The notes below the pieces were generated by a model. That model had not been told where the DNA came from, searched no databases, and was given only the letters and a program-made list of their open reading frames with translations. Positions 28,711 through 37,353 of a DNA stretch of 38,958 nt are shown here, piece after piece (positions within the stretch are counted from its first letter, which is position 1; each line of letters starts with the position of its first letter). Source of the DNA: an uncultured Methanosarcinales archaeon (GTDB lineage Archaea > Nanobdellota > Nanobdellia > Woesearchaeales > JACPBV01). The stretch lies in NCBI GenBank assembly GCA_964492935.1, contig CAZBLF010000008.1:1-38958 (forward strand), written 5' to 3'. The position numbers were made by a program, and so were the translations under genes.

Positions 28711-29823
28711 ATGTTTGAGCATTTTGGACAGAAGAGTCTGCATGACCGATTGAAGGATACGTTATTTGTCTTGAAGCATTCCTTTTCGGTGGTGGGAAAG
28801 GATAAGGGGATTATGCGTCCTGCTCTGCATGCTGCATTCTTTTCTTTCTTTATCGTTACGCTGTTCTTTTTCTCATTGTTCGTGATTTTCTTGAAAGAGG
28901 ATGTGTTATTGGGATGGATTGGTATTGCGTTGGTTGTTTTTGTGTTCTTGCCGTGGAGATATGTATATGTTGTGAGACAGAAGGCGTGTACTGCGGTTAT
29001 TGCGTATGCTGCGATGGGAGATCATGCCGTATCGTATAGGGATTCATATCAGCATACTCATGAGTTGAGAAAACATTTCGGGATTGTTGCGATGATCGAT
29101 TTTATGTTGCATTTTTCTGGAAAGCACAAGAGTCATAAGCGCGGTATGTTGGCTAACTTTTTGAATCGGTTTTGTCCTCATCTTTCTGATGTTCAGGATT
29201 TGTTGAGTCACTATATGTTGCCAGCAGTGATTGTTGAAGGTAAATCGTTGCATGAGTTGGCAGATGAGTTGAAGGGATTAAAGAAGGACGTACATGAGGA
29301 TTATCATGAGGCGTTCGGTGTTGATTTTTCTGGTCATGTGGTGGGGCACTTTCTTTTCGTTCCGATTTTGATCTTGTTTTCGCTGTCGCTCTACATAGGA
29401 CATCAGTTTTCGTATCTGACGCAGGATTCTTTAATTACGATAGCAGGATATTCTTTTTCGTGGTTGCCGCCATTACTGATATTGTATCTTGCTTTTGTTG
29501 CTCGAGGCATTATTCACCTTTTTGTGGAGATGGCTAAGGTTATTTACTATACTTTGTTTTATATCCAGATTCGTGAGCGGGCCCACATTGTTCCTACGAT
29601 GCGGCATCGAGTAACGAGCTTTTTATTGCATAATCGCGAGGCACCGCCTACGGGAAAGCATAGACATAGAGATTTTACGGATGATCATAAGAAGGTTGCT
29701 AACTATGTGCATACACAGCTGGAACAAGGTCACACGGAACATGACATTCATCAACATCTTGTGGATAGCGATTATGCCGAGGGCGAACTCAATAGAATTT
29801 TTGATTATGTAAGACACCGATAA
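28711..29823 (+). CDS. His-rich multi-pass membrane protein of unknown function
   Basis: Several TM helices; 32 His in 370 aa (manual count); small C-terminal helical domain. Confidence 0.7.
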   Translation: MFEHFGQKSLHDRLKDTLFVLKHSFSVVGKDKGIMRPALHAAFFSFFIVTLFFFSLFVIFLKEDVLLGWIGIALVVFVFLPWRYVYVVRQKACTAVIAYAAMGDHAVSYRDSYQHTHELRKHFGIVAMIDFMLHFSGKHKSHKRGMLANFLNRFCPHLSDVQDLLSHYMLPAVIVEGKSLHELADELKGLKKDVHEDYHEAFGVDFSGHVVGHFLFVPILILFSLSLYIGHQFSYLTQDSLITIAGYSFSWLPPLLILYLAFVARGIIHLFVEMAKVIYYTLFYIQIRERAHIVPTMRHRVTSFLLHNREAPPTGKHRHRDFTDDHKKVANYVHTQLEQGHTEHDIHQHLVDSDYAEGELNRIFDYVRHR

Positions 29824-29831
29824 GAATTACT

Positions 29832-30599
29832 TTATTCTTCTTTCTTTTCTTCTTCAGCTGGTGCTGCGCCTTCAGCAGGTTTTTCTCCTTCGGCTGGAGC
29901 GGTTTCTTCAGCAGGCATTAATTCCTTGATGATTGCATCTGGGATGTTGGCTTCCTTTAGTTTAGCCTTAATATCTCCCTTATCCTTACCTTCCATGGAA
30001 GCGAGGATGTCCTTAGCCGTCTTCTCGAATTCTGCTCTTCGCTCTTCGATTTCCTTAGCAAGCTTTTTCTTTTCTTCTTCAAGGTGTTTTAATTCTTCAG
30101 CTGACAATTCAGTCTTTTCAGCTTTGATCTTTTCGTCAAACTGTCCTGCGTTAATAGCGGTAATAGCTTCATCAGCAGGCATTCCTTCAACTAGGATTCC
30201 CATGGATCTACAGGTACCGACAACTTCTTTGATTTTGTTTTTTAGGTTTTTCCCTAGAAGTGCGGTTTCTTTCATCTTTGCGATTTTGATACACTGTTCG
30301 ATTAGAATGTCGGCTACTTTATCATTTAATGGATTGCCAGATCCTTTTTCGATTTTAGCTTCTTTTTTGATTAACTGAGAACAGGGAGGGGTACCAATTT
30401 CAACTTCAAATTCTTTGGAGTCGGTGTCGACAATAACTTTAACGGGAACTTTCATGCCTGCAAAGGCTTTGGTCATTTCGTTGATTTTACCGACAACTTC
30501 ACCGATGTTGACTCCTAGTGGTCCTAGGGCTGGTCCGAGCGGAGGCGCAGCTGTTGCTTTACCGCCTTCAACCAAACTGTCGATGCTTTCTGTTGCCAT
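29832..30599 (-). CDS. rpl11: 50S ribosomal protein uL11 with long C-terminal extension
   Basis: VEGGKATAAPPLGPALGPLGVN, GMKVPVKV, KEVVGTCRSMG; position after spt5. Confidence 0.95.
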   Translation of the reverse strand: MATESIDSLVEGGKATAAPPLGPALGPLGVNIGEVVGKINEMTKAFAGMKVPVKVIVDTDSKEFEVEIGTPPCSQLIKKEAKIEKGSGNPLNDKVADILIEQCIKIAKMKETALLGKNLKNKIKEVVGTCRSMGILVEGMPADEAITAINAGQFDEKIKAEKTELSAEELKHLEEEKKKLAKEIEERRAEFEKTAKDILASMEGKDKGDIKAKLKEANIPDAIIKELMPAEETAPAEGEKPAEGAAPAEEEKKEE

Positions 30600-30659
30600 T
30601 AGTCTATAAGGATTTTTAGTCTGTTTATAAATGTTAGGTTAGTCTTAAATGGGCTAGAA

Positions 30660-31166
30660 TTACTTCCCCGGCATCTTGAATTCTGGGGCTTCTGCTTCGC
30701 CTTCTTCACGTCGGATGACTTTGACGGAATCCATTTTAACGGTGATCGGGATAGGCACGGCTGCTTCTAGTAATTCAACAACGACTTCTTCTTTTTGTTT
30801 GTCGATTCTCGTAATCTTTGCGTTTTCACGCTTGAATGGACCGGAGATGATTTCGACGATGTCGTTTTTCTGAATATTGACGTCTTTCTTGACTTGTTCA
30901 AGCATGTGCTCGATTTCTTCATATTTAATAGGAGCTCCAAGAATGCCTCGAGCGTAGGGTACATTGAATGCAGCCTGTTCTGCGTCGGCTTTGGTTTCTG
31001 CCTCTAGGAAAATGTATCCTCGCATACCGTGAGGGCGGATAATACTATAGACTGCTATTTTCTTTTTCTTAGCATTACTCGTAACGAAGTCCATTACCTG
31101 GTCTTCACGATTTGCCGTCGTACGCAATGCGTAGACTTCTCCGGTGTGTGTTGTTTCTGCTTCCAT
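30660..31166 (-). CDS. spt5: Transcription elongation factor Spt5 (NusG family)
   Basis: NGN domain (RGYIFLEA) and KOW (DIVEIISGPFKRENAKI). Confidence 0.96.
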   Translation of the reverse strand: MEAETTHTGEVYALRTTANREDQVMDFVTSNAKKKKIAVYSIIRPHGMRGYIFLEAETKADAEQAAFNVPYARGILGAPIKYEEIEHMLEQVKKDVNIQKNDIVEIISGPFKRENAKITRIDKQKEEVVVELLEAAVPIPITVKMDSVKVIRREEGEAEAPEFKMPGK

Positions 31167-31167
31167 T

Positions 31168-31356
31168 TTAAAAAAATGTGATTTTGAGCATCTGGATGGT
31201 GAATCCGATCAACCCGATGATGAGCATGCCGAGCCCAGATACTTTGACGATGACGCTAAACTCTTTTCGGTCTGGACGCTTCGTTACTTTTAAGACACGT
31301 ACGCATTCATACATAAAGCTTTTCATTCTTGTGCGTAATGAGATGCGTTCTTCCAT
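31168..31356 (-). CDS. secE: Protein translocase subunit SecE (Sec61 gamma); start re-assigned to MEERISL
   Basis: RVLKVTKRPDRKEF...GLGMLIIGLIGF; canonical ftsZ-secE-spt5-rpl11 context. Confidence 0.93.
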   Translation of the reverse strand: MEERISLRTRMKSFMYECVRVLKVTKRPDRKEFSVIVKVSGLGMLIIGLIGFTIQMLKITFF

Positions 31357-31357
31357 C

Positions 31358-32521
31358 TTATCGCACAAAATCGATTCCTAACTCGTTCTCGATCTCCTTT
31401 TTCTTTTTGTCTGCTAATTTCTTTGTGGTTCCAAATATTTGAGAGGATTTTACTCCTGTAACAATAAGCATGGTTCTAATTGTTTTTGCAAGGTCTTTGT
31501 AGATGGAGGCTCCCCAGATGATTTTTGCATCTTCTGATAGGCGCTCGGAGATAGATTCAACGACGCGTTTTGCTTCCTCTAGCGTCATGTCCTCGCCGCC
31601 AGCGACGTTGACTAATGCTCCATTGGCTCCGGTGATGTCTACATCAAGAAGTGGATTGTTGATTGCTTTTTCTACGGCTTCAACAGCTCGATTTTCGGAA
31701 TCTGATTCTCCAACTCCAATTAAAGCTACTCCGCCGCCCTTCATGACGGTTCTGATGTCTGCAAAATCAAGATTTACGAGGCCAGCAGTCGTTACCATTT
31801 CTGCAATTCCTTTAACTGCATTGGTTAGGATTTCATCTGCAACCTTGAAAGCGGTATGTAGTGGTAGATCAGGTGCTAATTCTAATAATTTATCGTTAGG
31901 AATTACGATTAAGGTGTCTACGATCTGTTCAAGCTTTTCTAGACCGTTGATGGCGTTTTCGTATCGGTTTTGGCCTTCCATAGCAAAGGGAATAGTAACA
32001 ACAGCAACGGTTAATGCTCCCTGTTTCTTAGCAATCTCTGCTACTATGGGGGCTGAACCGGTTCCGGTTCCTCCGCCGAGACCGCAGGTAATGAAGATCA
32101 TGTCGCATCCTTCGATGGATTTCTTGATTTCTTGCTCTTGCTCGCGAGCGGCTTCCTCTCCTAGTTTGGGATTTGCGCCTGCGCCCAATCCACGCGTAAC
32201 ATCTTTTCCGATGAGAATCTTTTGATCGGCTGTAGTATAGAGAAGATCTTGAGCGTCGGTATTTACGGCGATGACTTCGGTACCGGCAATGCCTACTTCA
32301 GCAATGCGATTGATGGTGTTGTTTCCGCCACCACCACATCCGATGACTTTGATGGTTGCTCGCTGTTTTTTAAGGTAAGATTCTAGCTCGGCGTCAATAT
32401 CATTATTGGCCTGCTGATTATTATTATTCTGTTGGTTATTGTCTTGGTGATTTTCCGGTGGTGCTGGCTGTGAGAACTCTTCGTTGCGCGATTCGGTTGC
32501 TTCCTTAATAATCGTTTCCAT
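31358..32521 (-). CDS. ftsZ: Cell division protein FtsZ
   Basis: GCGGGGNN, NTDAQDL, tubulin motif GGGTGTG, NLDFADI. Confidence 0.98.
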   Translation of the reverse strand: METIIKEATESRNEEFSQPAPPENHQDNNQQNNNNQQANNDIDAELESYLKKQRATIKVIGCGGGGNNTINRIAEVGIAGTEVIAVNTDAQDLLYTTADQKILIGKDVTRGLGAGANPKLGEEAAREQEQEIKKSIEGCDMIFITCGLGGGTGTGSAPIVAEIAKKQGALTVAVVTIPFAMEGQNRYENAINGLEKLEQIVDTLIVIPNDKLLELAPDLPLHTAFKVADEILTNAVKGIAEMVTTAGLVNLDFADIRTVMKGGGVALIGVGESDSENRAVEAVEKAINNPLLDVDITGANGALVNVAGGEDMTLEEAKRVVESISERLSEDAKIIWGASIYKDLAKTIRTMLIVTGVKSSQIFGTTKKLADKKKKEIENELGIDFVR

Positions 32522-32525
32522 TCTG

Positions 32526-33230
32526 TTACTTCTCTTGGGTAGATGGCGAAGTTTTTAAACTTTCTTCTTTTTCTGTCGATGGAGCTGCTTTTTTGAAGGT
32601 GACCTTCTTAATTTCGGAAATATGTTCTTTGAACTGTTTCTCCATTTCTGGGACAATTTCTTTGGGCATGTCGTGCTCCATCGTTAGTGTAGCGGATCCG
32701 TCTTTGATGGTGACGTCTGATGGTTCGATACCGAGCATGATTTTTGAGACTGCTTTGATTTTATCTTTAACGTCGGTGATGATTTTGTTGATGGTGTAGT
32801 CATAGGTTACTTCGCGTCCGGCAAGCGGATGATTGAAGTCTACTAGAGTGCGTCCGCCCCCGGTGGTTTTGATGATGCCTTTGTTACCATCGATATCGAC
32901 GGTCATTCCTCGAGCAGGCCTGACTTCTTGGTTTTTGAATTTTGAAGTAGGGATTAGTTGAATGAGATTAGCTTGTTTCTTGCCATAGGCTTCTTCAGGA
33001 TCAAGGGTAATAGAATAGCTTTTGCCGATTTCTTTTCCGACGAGATCTTTGTCGAGTCCAGGGATCAGATGTCCGCGACCTACGCAAATGGACATCGGTT
33101 GGACGTCATGAGCGTGTAGGTGATGTTCGTCTACGACCTTGTTTTCAGTCGTATCGAAAATTGCATCGTCATCGGTTGTCTTTCCGGTGTAGGAGAGTTC
33201 GATGAATTGGTTGTTTGCTATTTTTGTCAT
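32526..33230 (-). CDS. slyD: FKBP-type peptidyl-prolyl isomerase (archaeal long SlyD-like)
   Basis: YTGK...IFDTT, LIPGLD, PEEAYG, VDFNHPLAG. Confidence 0.9.
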   Translation of the reverse strand: MTKIANNQFIELSYTGKTTDDDAIFDTTENKVVDEHHLHAHDVQPMSICVGRGHLIPGLDKDLVGKEIGKSYSITLDPEEAYGKKQANLIQLIPTSKFKNQEVRPARGMTVDIDGNKGIIKTTGGGRTLVDFNHPLAGREVTYDYTINKIITDVKDKIKAVSKIMLGIEPSDVTIKDGSATLTMEHDMPKEIVPEMEKQFKEHISEIKKVTFKKAAPSTEKEESLKTSPSTQEK

Positions 33231-33353
33231 TTTGATTTCCCCTCTAGGTGGCTTAGTAGCACTCAGAAGGATGTTCTTGGAATAGTTGTAGGATATATAA
33301 ATGTATCGGTGCTTTTTTTCGGGGTTCTAACGACTGTAAACGTCACTTTTATA

Positions 33354-33368
33354 GTAAGGTTTTTAAAG
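33354..33368 (+). promoter_or_regulatory. BRE/TATA promoter probably driving the tRNA-tRNA-rpo transcript
   Basis: GTAAGGTTTTTAAAG; same pattern as other promoters in the window. Confidence 0.5.
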
Positions 33369-33478
33369 CCCATTCATTTCCAACGCAAGATGGCCAATTG
33401 TCTTTCTTTAGAGTGCAGAGTCTCATTTTCGGACACTACCTTTACTAGAAGGACGAATAGGCTGTATACCAGCTAAAT

Positions 33479-33651
33479 GCCCTGGTAGTGTAGTCTGGTA
33501 CGGCAAAAAAGCGATTTTTTGCTGCGGCAACTATCATGAAGCCCTGTCGATTGATGTCCATGGATGTCATGCAGCAAGGCTTCGACTCGGGTTCAAAAGA
33601 CTGGTTACGTGCAAAGCGCAGAGAACCATCGTGAAAGTCCCGACCAGGGCG
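33479..33651 (+). tRNA. tRNA-Asp(GUC) with three introns (33500-33530, 33550-33576, 33598-33637)
   Basis: Spliced product GCCCTGGTAGTGTAGTCTGGTCTATCATGAAGCCCTGTCGAGGCTTCGACTCGGGTTCAAATCCCGACCAGGGCG folds as a standard archaeal tRNA-Asp cloverleaf; each intron has BHB-like junctions. Confidence 0.9.
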
Positions 33652-33719
33652 TTATCACCTTCGGGCGAACGCGTGTTCGTTCGGAAAGTGCAAGGCGAAC
33701 GCAAAGGCGTCCGCAACAA

Positions 33720-33816
33720 GGGCCCGTAGCTCAGCCTGGTCTAGAGCACCTGACTTTTAATGGGTTAACGCCCACAGGCAATCAGGGTGTCACGCGTTCG
33801 AATCGCGTCGGGCCCA
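33720..33816 (+). tRNA. tRNA-Lys(UUU) with canonical 37/38 intron (33760-33780)
   Basis: GGGCCCG/CGGGCCC acceptor stem, CCTGA/TCAGG anticodon stem, TTT anticodon at 33756-33758, TTCGAAT T-loop. Confidence 0.93.
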
Positions 33817-33834
33817 TCCCACTGAATAACTACA

Positions 33835-34077
33835 ATGACGAAAAAAATCGATGTGAAGAAACATGTGTTGGTCCCCAAACATATTAAGTTGAGCGACAAA
33901 GATAAGAAGAATCTTCTCGACAAGTACAGTATCACGTCCAAGGAACTTCCTAAAATTCGTAAAACTGATCCGGCTATTGCTGAACTACAGGCTAAGGAAG
34001 GAGACGTTATAAAAATTGTGAGATCTTCTGCAACTGCAGGAGAGGCTATTTTTTACCGAGGTGTTGTGCGTGTTTAA
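33835..34077 (+). CDS. rpoH: DNA-directed RNA polymerase subunit Rpo5 (H)
   Basis: HVLVPKH, LPKIRKTDPA, GDVIKIVRSSATAG...YRGV. Confidence 0.97.
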   Translation: MTKKIDVKKHVLVPKHIKLSDKDKKNLLDKYSITSKELPKIRKTDPAIAELQAKEGDVIKIVRSSATAGEAIFYRGVVRV

Positions 34078-35548
34078 ATTCGGTCAGACATTGATTGCGA
34101 AACACTTTAAGGATCAGAGTTTCGTTAATTCGAACATTGCTTCGTTTAATGACTTCTTAGAAAAGGAATTACATACTATTATCGAGGAGAATAAGGAGAT
34201 CATTCCGACTATTATTCCTCAGAACATTGACGATTATAAGATTACTCTTGACCGGATTTGGGTGACGAAGCCCGAGATTACGGAAGCTGATGGAAGCAAG
34301 CGTAACATTTATCCGATGGAGGCTCGATTGCGAAAATTGACGTACAGCTCGCCGGTATTCATCGAGGTGAGTGCCCATATTAATGATGTGCAGCGTGAAT
34401 CTTTCACCACGCAGATTGGAAATATTCCTATCATGCTGAAGAGCGGTCAGTGTCATTTGAGAAAGTTCAGCGAGGATGAACTTATTGAGAAGGGAGAGGA
34501 TCCTCACGACCCGGGCGGATATTTTATTATTAATGGAACTGAAAAGGTATTGATTAGTATTGAAGATCTGGCAGCTAATCGCTTGATGGTTGAGAAAGCA
34601 ACTGGACCTAGTCCGTTTGTTGGAAAATTATTTTCGGAGCGAGGCAGCTTTAAGATTCCTCACGTGTTTGAAAAACACAAGGATGGTATCTTTTACCTTA
34701 CGTTTACTCGAGTGAAAAGAATCCCTATCACCGTTATTATCAAGGCTCTTGGATTGTTAAAGGATGAGGAAATTACTACGTTAGTTTCATCAGAGAAACA
34801 ATACGATGAGTTGCTGATTAATTTGATTGAATTTGTTGACATTAAAACTGAGGAAGATGCTCTTGATTATATTGCAAAGAAGATTGGTATTACGCAATCG
34901 AAAGAGATTCGTGTTGAACGTATGAGCGAGATTCTTGATAAGTATTTACTGCCGCACCTCGGAATCGAGCGAGAACAGCGGATGGACAAGGCACATAACT
35001 TGTGTAAGTTAATGAGAAAGTTTATTGCTGTATCGAATAGTGAATTGCCGATTGATGATAAGGATCATTATATGAACAAACGCCTGAAGTTGAGCGGAGA
35101 TTTGTTGGGAGATTTATTTAGAGTTAATCTGAAGGTGTTGATTGGTGATTTATTGTACAACTTCCAACGCATTGTTAAGCGAGGGAAATTCCCTAGTATC
35201 AAAGTTATTATCAGAGACAAATTGTTGACGGATAGAATTTACTCTTCGATGGCAACCGGTAATTGGGTTGGCGGAAGAAAAGGTATTTCACAGAGAATTC
35301 AGCGCCTCAACTTTTTAGAGACGTTAAGTCACTTACAAAGAGTTGTTTCGCCGTTATCAGCATCCCAGGAGAACTTCATGGCTCGAGAATTGCATTCTAC
35401 TCATTTGGGTAGATTGTGTCCGATTGAGACACCCGAGGGAACCAATATTGGTTTGAGAAAGAATTTATCGTTACTGTGTTCGGTTTCTCGAAAGGGAAAT
35501 CCTGACGAAGTGTTATCAAGTTTACGAGAAATGGGGTTAAAATCTTAA
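34070..35548 (+). CDS. rpoB2: DNA-directed RNA polymerase subunit Rpo2N (B''); start probably GTG at 34070
   Basis: PMEARLRKLTYS, DPGGYFIINGTEKV, DDKDHYMNKRL, CPIETPEG. Confidence 0.96.
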   Translation: MFKFGQTLIAKHFKDQSFVNSNIASFNDFLEKELHTIIEENKEIIPTIIPQNIDDYKITLDRIWVTKPEITEADGSKRNIYPMEARLRKLTYSSPVFIEVSAHINDVQRESFTTQIGNIPIMLKSGQCHLRKFSEDELIEKGEDPHDPGGYFIINGTEKVLISIEDLAANRLMVEKATGPSPFVGKLFSERGSFKIPHVFEKHKDGIFYLTFTRVKRIPITVIIKALGLLKDEEITTLVSSEKQYDELLINLIEFVDIKTEEDALDYIAKKIGITQSKEIRVERMSEILDKYLLPHLGIEREQRMDKAHNLCKLMRKFIAVSNSELPIDDKDHYMNKRLKLSGDLLGDLFRVNLKVLIGDLLYNFQRIVKRGKFPSIKVIIRDKLLTDRIYSSMATGNWVGGRKGISQRIQRLNFLETLSHLQRVVSPLSASQENFMARELHSTHLGRLCPIETPEGTNIGLRKNLSLLCSVSRKGNPDEVLSSLREMGLKS

Positions 35549-35549
35549 G

Positions 35550-37352
35550 ATGGGTGAAGTATACCTTGAAAATAAATATGTTGGAAGCGTTGATGAGCCA
35601 CGGCTCTTTGTTCAGAAGGTTAAGGATGAACGAAGACGCGGAAAAGTAGATTCAAATGTTAATGTTTACTTTGATATGAAACGCGATGTCGTGGAATTGT
35701 ACTCCGGTCAGGGTCGAGCACGGAGACCGCTTATTGTTATCAAGAATGGTCAGCCGTTGTTGACTGAGATGCATGTTCGCCAATTGGAGAAAGACGAAAT
35801 TAGTTGGAGTGACTTGATTGGACAGGGCGTTATTGAATACTTGGATGCGGCTGAAGAGGAGAATAGTTTTGTTGCTTTTGTTGATACTGATTTAACGACT
35901 GAACACACTCATTTAGAGATTGCGCCTGCTGTTATGCTAGGATTGGCAACGTCATTGGTTCCGTATGCTAACTTCAACCAGAGTACACGATTAAATGCAG
36001 GTTCTAAAAATCAGAAGCAGGCGCTTGGAATGTATGTTTCTAATTATGCTGTGCGGATGGATATGGACGTTAATGTATTGTATGAACCGCAGATGCCGAT
36101 TGTTAAAACGATTATGCACGATATCTCCGACTTTAAGAGACATCCTTCCGGACAGAATCTGATTGTTGCTATTATGAGTTACAAGGGATACAATATGGAG
36201 GACGCTATTATTCTTAATCAGGGATCTATTCAGCGTGGACTTGCAAGGAGTGCTTACTTCCGACCAAGTGTTGCTGAAGAATTACGCTACCCCGGTGGAT
36301 TGGTGGATGAAATTAGTATTCCGGATAAGGATGTTAAAGGTTACAAGGCAGAGGCCGATTATCGATTGTTAGAGGATGACGGGATTATCAGTCCGGAATC
36401 TCATATCTCGGAGGGAGATGTTATTATTGGAAAGACGTCGCCGCCTCGATTCTTGAGTAGCCTGGATGAATATAGTCTTGATTCAAATATTCGGAGAGAG
36501 AGTTCGTTTACGGTTAAGCACGGAGAAACTGGAGTGGTTGATTTTGTATTACTTACTGAAAACAGTGAAGGTAACAAGCTGGTTCAGGTTCGATTGCGAG
36601 AGGAACGTATTCCAGAGATTGGAGATAAGTTTACAAGTAGACACGGTCAGAAAGGAGTTATTGGTTTAGTGGTTCCAGAGGGTGACGTACCTTTCAGTGC
36701 ACAGGGTATGCGACCTGATTTAATTTTTTCACCACACGGTATCCCATCACGAATGACGATTAGTCATCTTATTGAGATGGTTGCAGGTAAGGTAGGTTCG
36801 TTAAGCGGCAGACACGTTGACGGAACTGCGTTTGATGCGGAACCTGAAGATAGACTGCGAAAAGAACTACTTGGTTTAGGATTCAGAGAGGACGGTACCG
36901 AACTTATGTATAATGGTGAAACGGGCGAACAATATGAAGCTAAAATTTTCATTGGAAATATGTACTACTTGAAGTTAAAACACATGGTGTCCAACAAACT
37001 GCACTCGCGAGCTCGCGGTCCGATCCAGCTATTGACTCGACAGCCTACTGAAGGTAGAGCTAAGGAAGGTGGATTAAGATTAGGAGAGATGGAGAAGGAT
37101 ACTTTTGTTGCACACGGTGCATCACTCCTATTGAAGGAGCGTTTCGATGCTGACAAAACAATCCTTCCTATCTGTGAGGAAAGTGGACTCGTTGCGGTTG
37201 ATGATCAGATTAAGAATCGAAAATACTGCCCGGTTGCAGGAGATAATTCCACGATTTCGGATGTTGAAATGAGCTATGCATTTAAGCTGATGCTAGATGA
37301 ATTGAAATCCATGTGTATCTATCCAAAAATGATTTTGAAGAGCAAATACTAA
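35550..37352 (+). CDS. rpoB1: DNA-directed RNA polymerase subunit Rpo2C (B')
   Basis: GYNMEDA, GDKFTSRHGQKG, PHGIPSRMT, RQPTEGRAKEGGLRLGEMEKD. Confidence 0.97.
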   Translation: MGEVYLENKYVGSVDEPRLFVQKVKDERRRGKVDSNVNVYFDMKRDVVELYSGQGRARRPLIVIKNGQPLLTEMHVRQLEKDEISWSDLIGQGVIEYLDAAEEENSFVAFVDTDLTTEHTHLEIAPAVMLGLATSLVPYANFNQSTRLNAGSKNQKQALGMYVSNYAVRMDMDVNVLYEPQMPIVKTIMHDISDFKRHPSGQNLIVAIMSYKGYNMEDAIILNQGSIQRGLARSAYFRPSVAEELRYPGGLVDEISIPDKDVKGYKAEADYRLLEDDGIISPESHISEGDVIIGKTSPPRFLSSLDEYSLDSNIRRESSFTVKHGETGVVDFVLLTENSEGNKLVQVRLREERIPEIGDKFTSRHGQKGVIGLVVPEGDVPFSAQGMRPDLIFSPHGIPSRMTISHLIEMVAGKVGSLSGRHVDGTAFDAEPEDRLRKELLGLGFREDGTELMYNGETGEQYEAKIFIGNMYYLKLKHMVSNKLHSRARGPIQLLTRQPTEGRAKEGGLRLGEMEKDTFVAHGASLLLKERFDADKTILPICEESGLVAVDDQIKNRKYCPVAGDNSTISDVEMSYAFKLMLDELKSMCIYPKMILKSKY

Positions 37353-37353
37353 G

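Noticed and set aside
32400..32460. Asn/Gln-rich low-complexity stretch at the FtsZ N-terminus
   Set aside because: Variable disordered N-termini are common in archaeal FtsZ
33564..33887. 107-aa ORF in the track
   Set aside because: Overlaps two tRNA genes; spurious
34070..37352. rpoB split into B'' and B'
   Set aside because: Well-known arrangement in several archaeal lineages, not a frameshift or novelty
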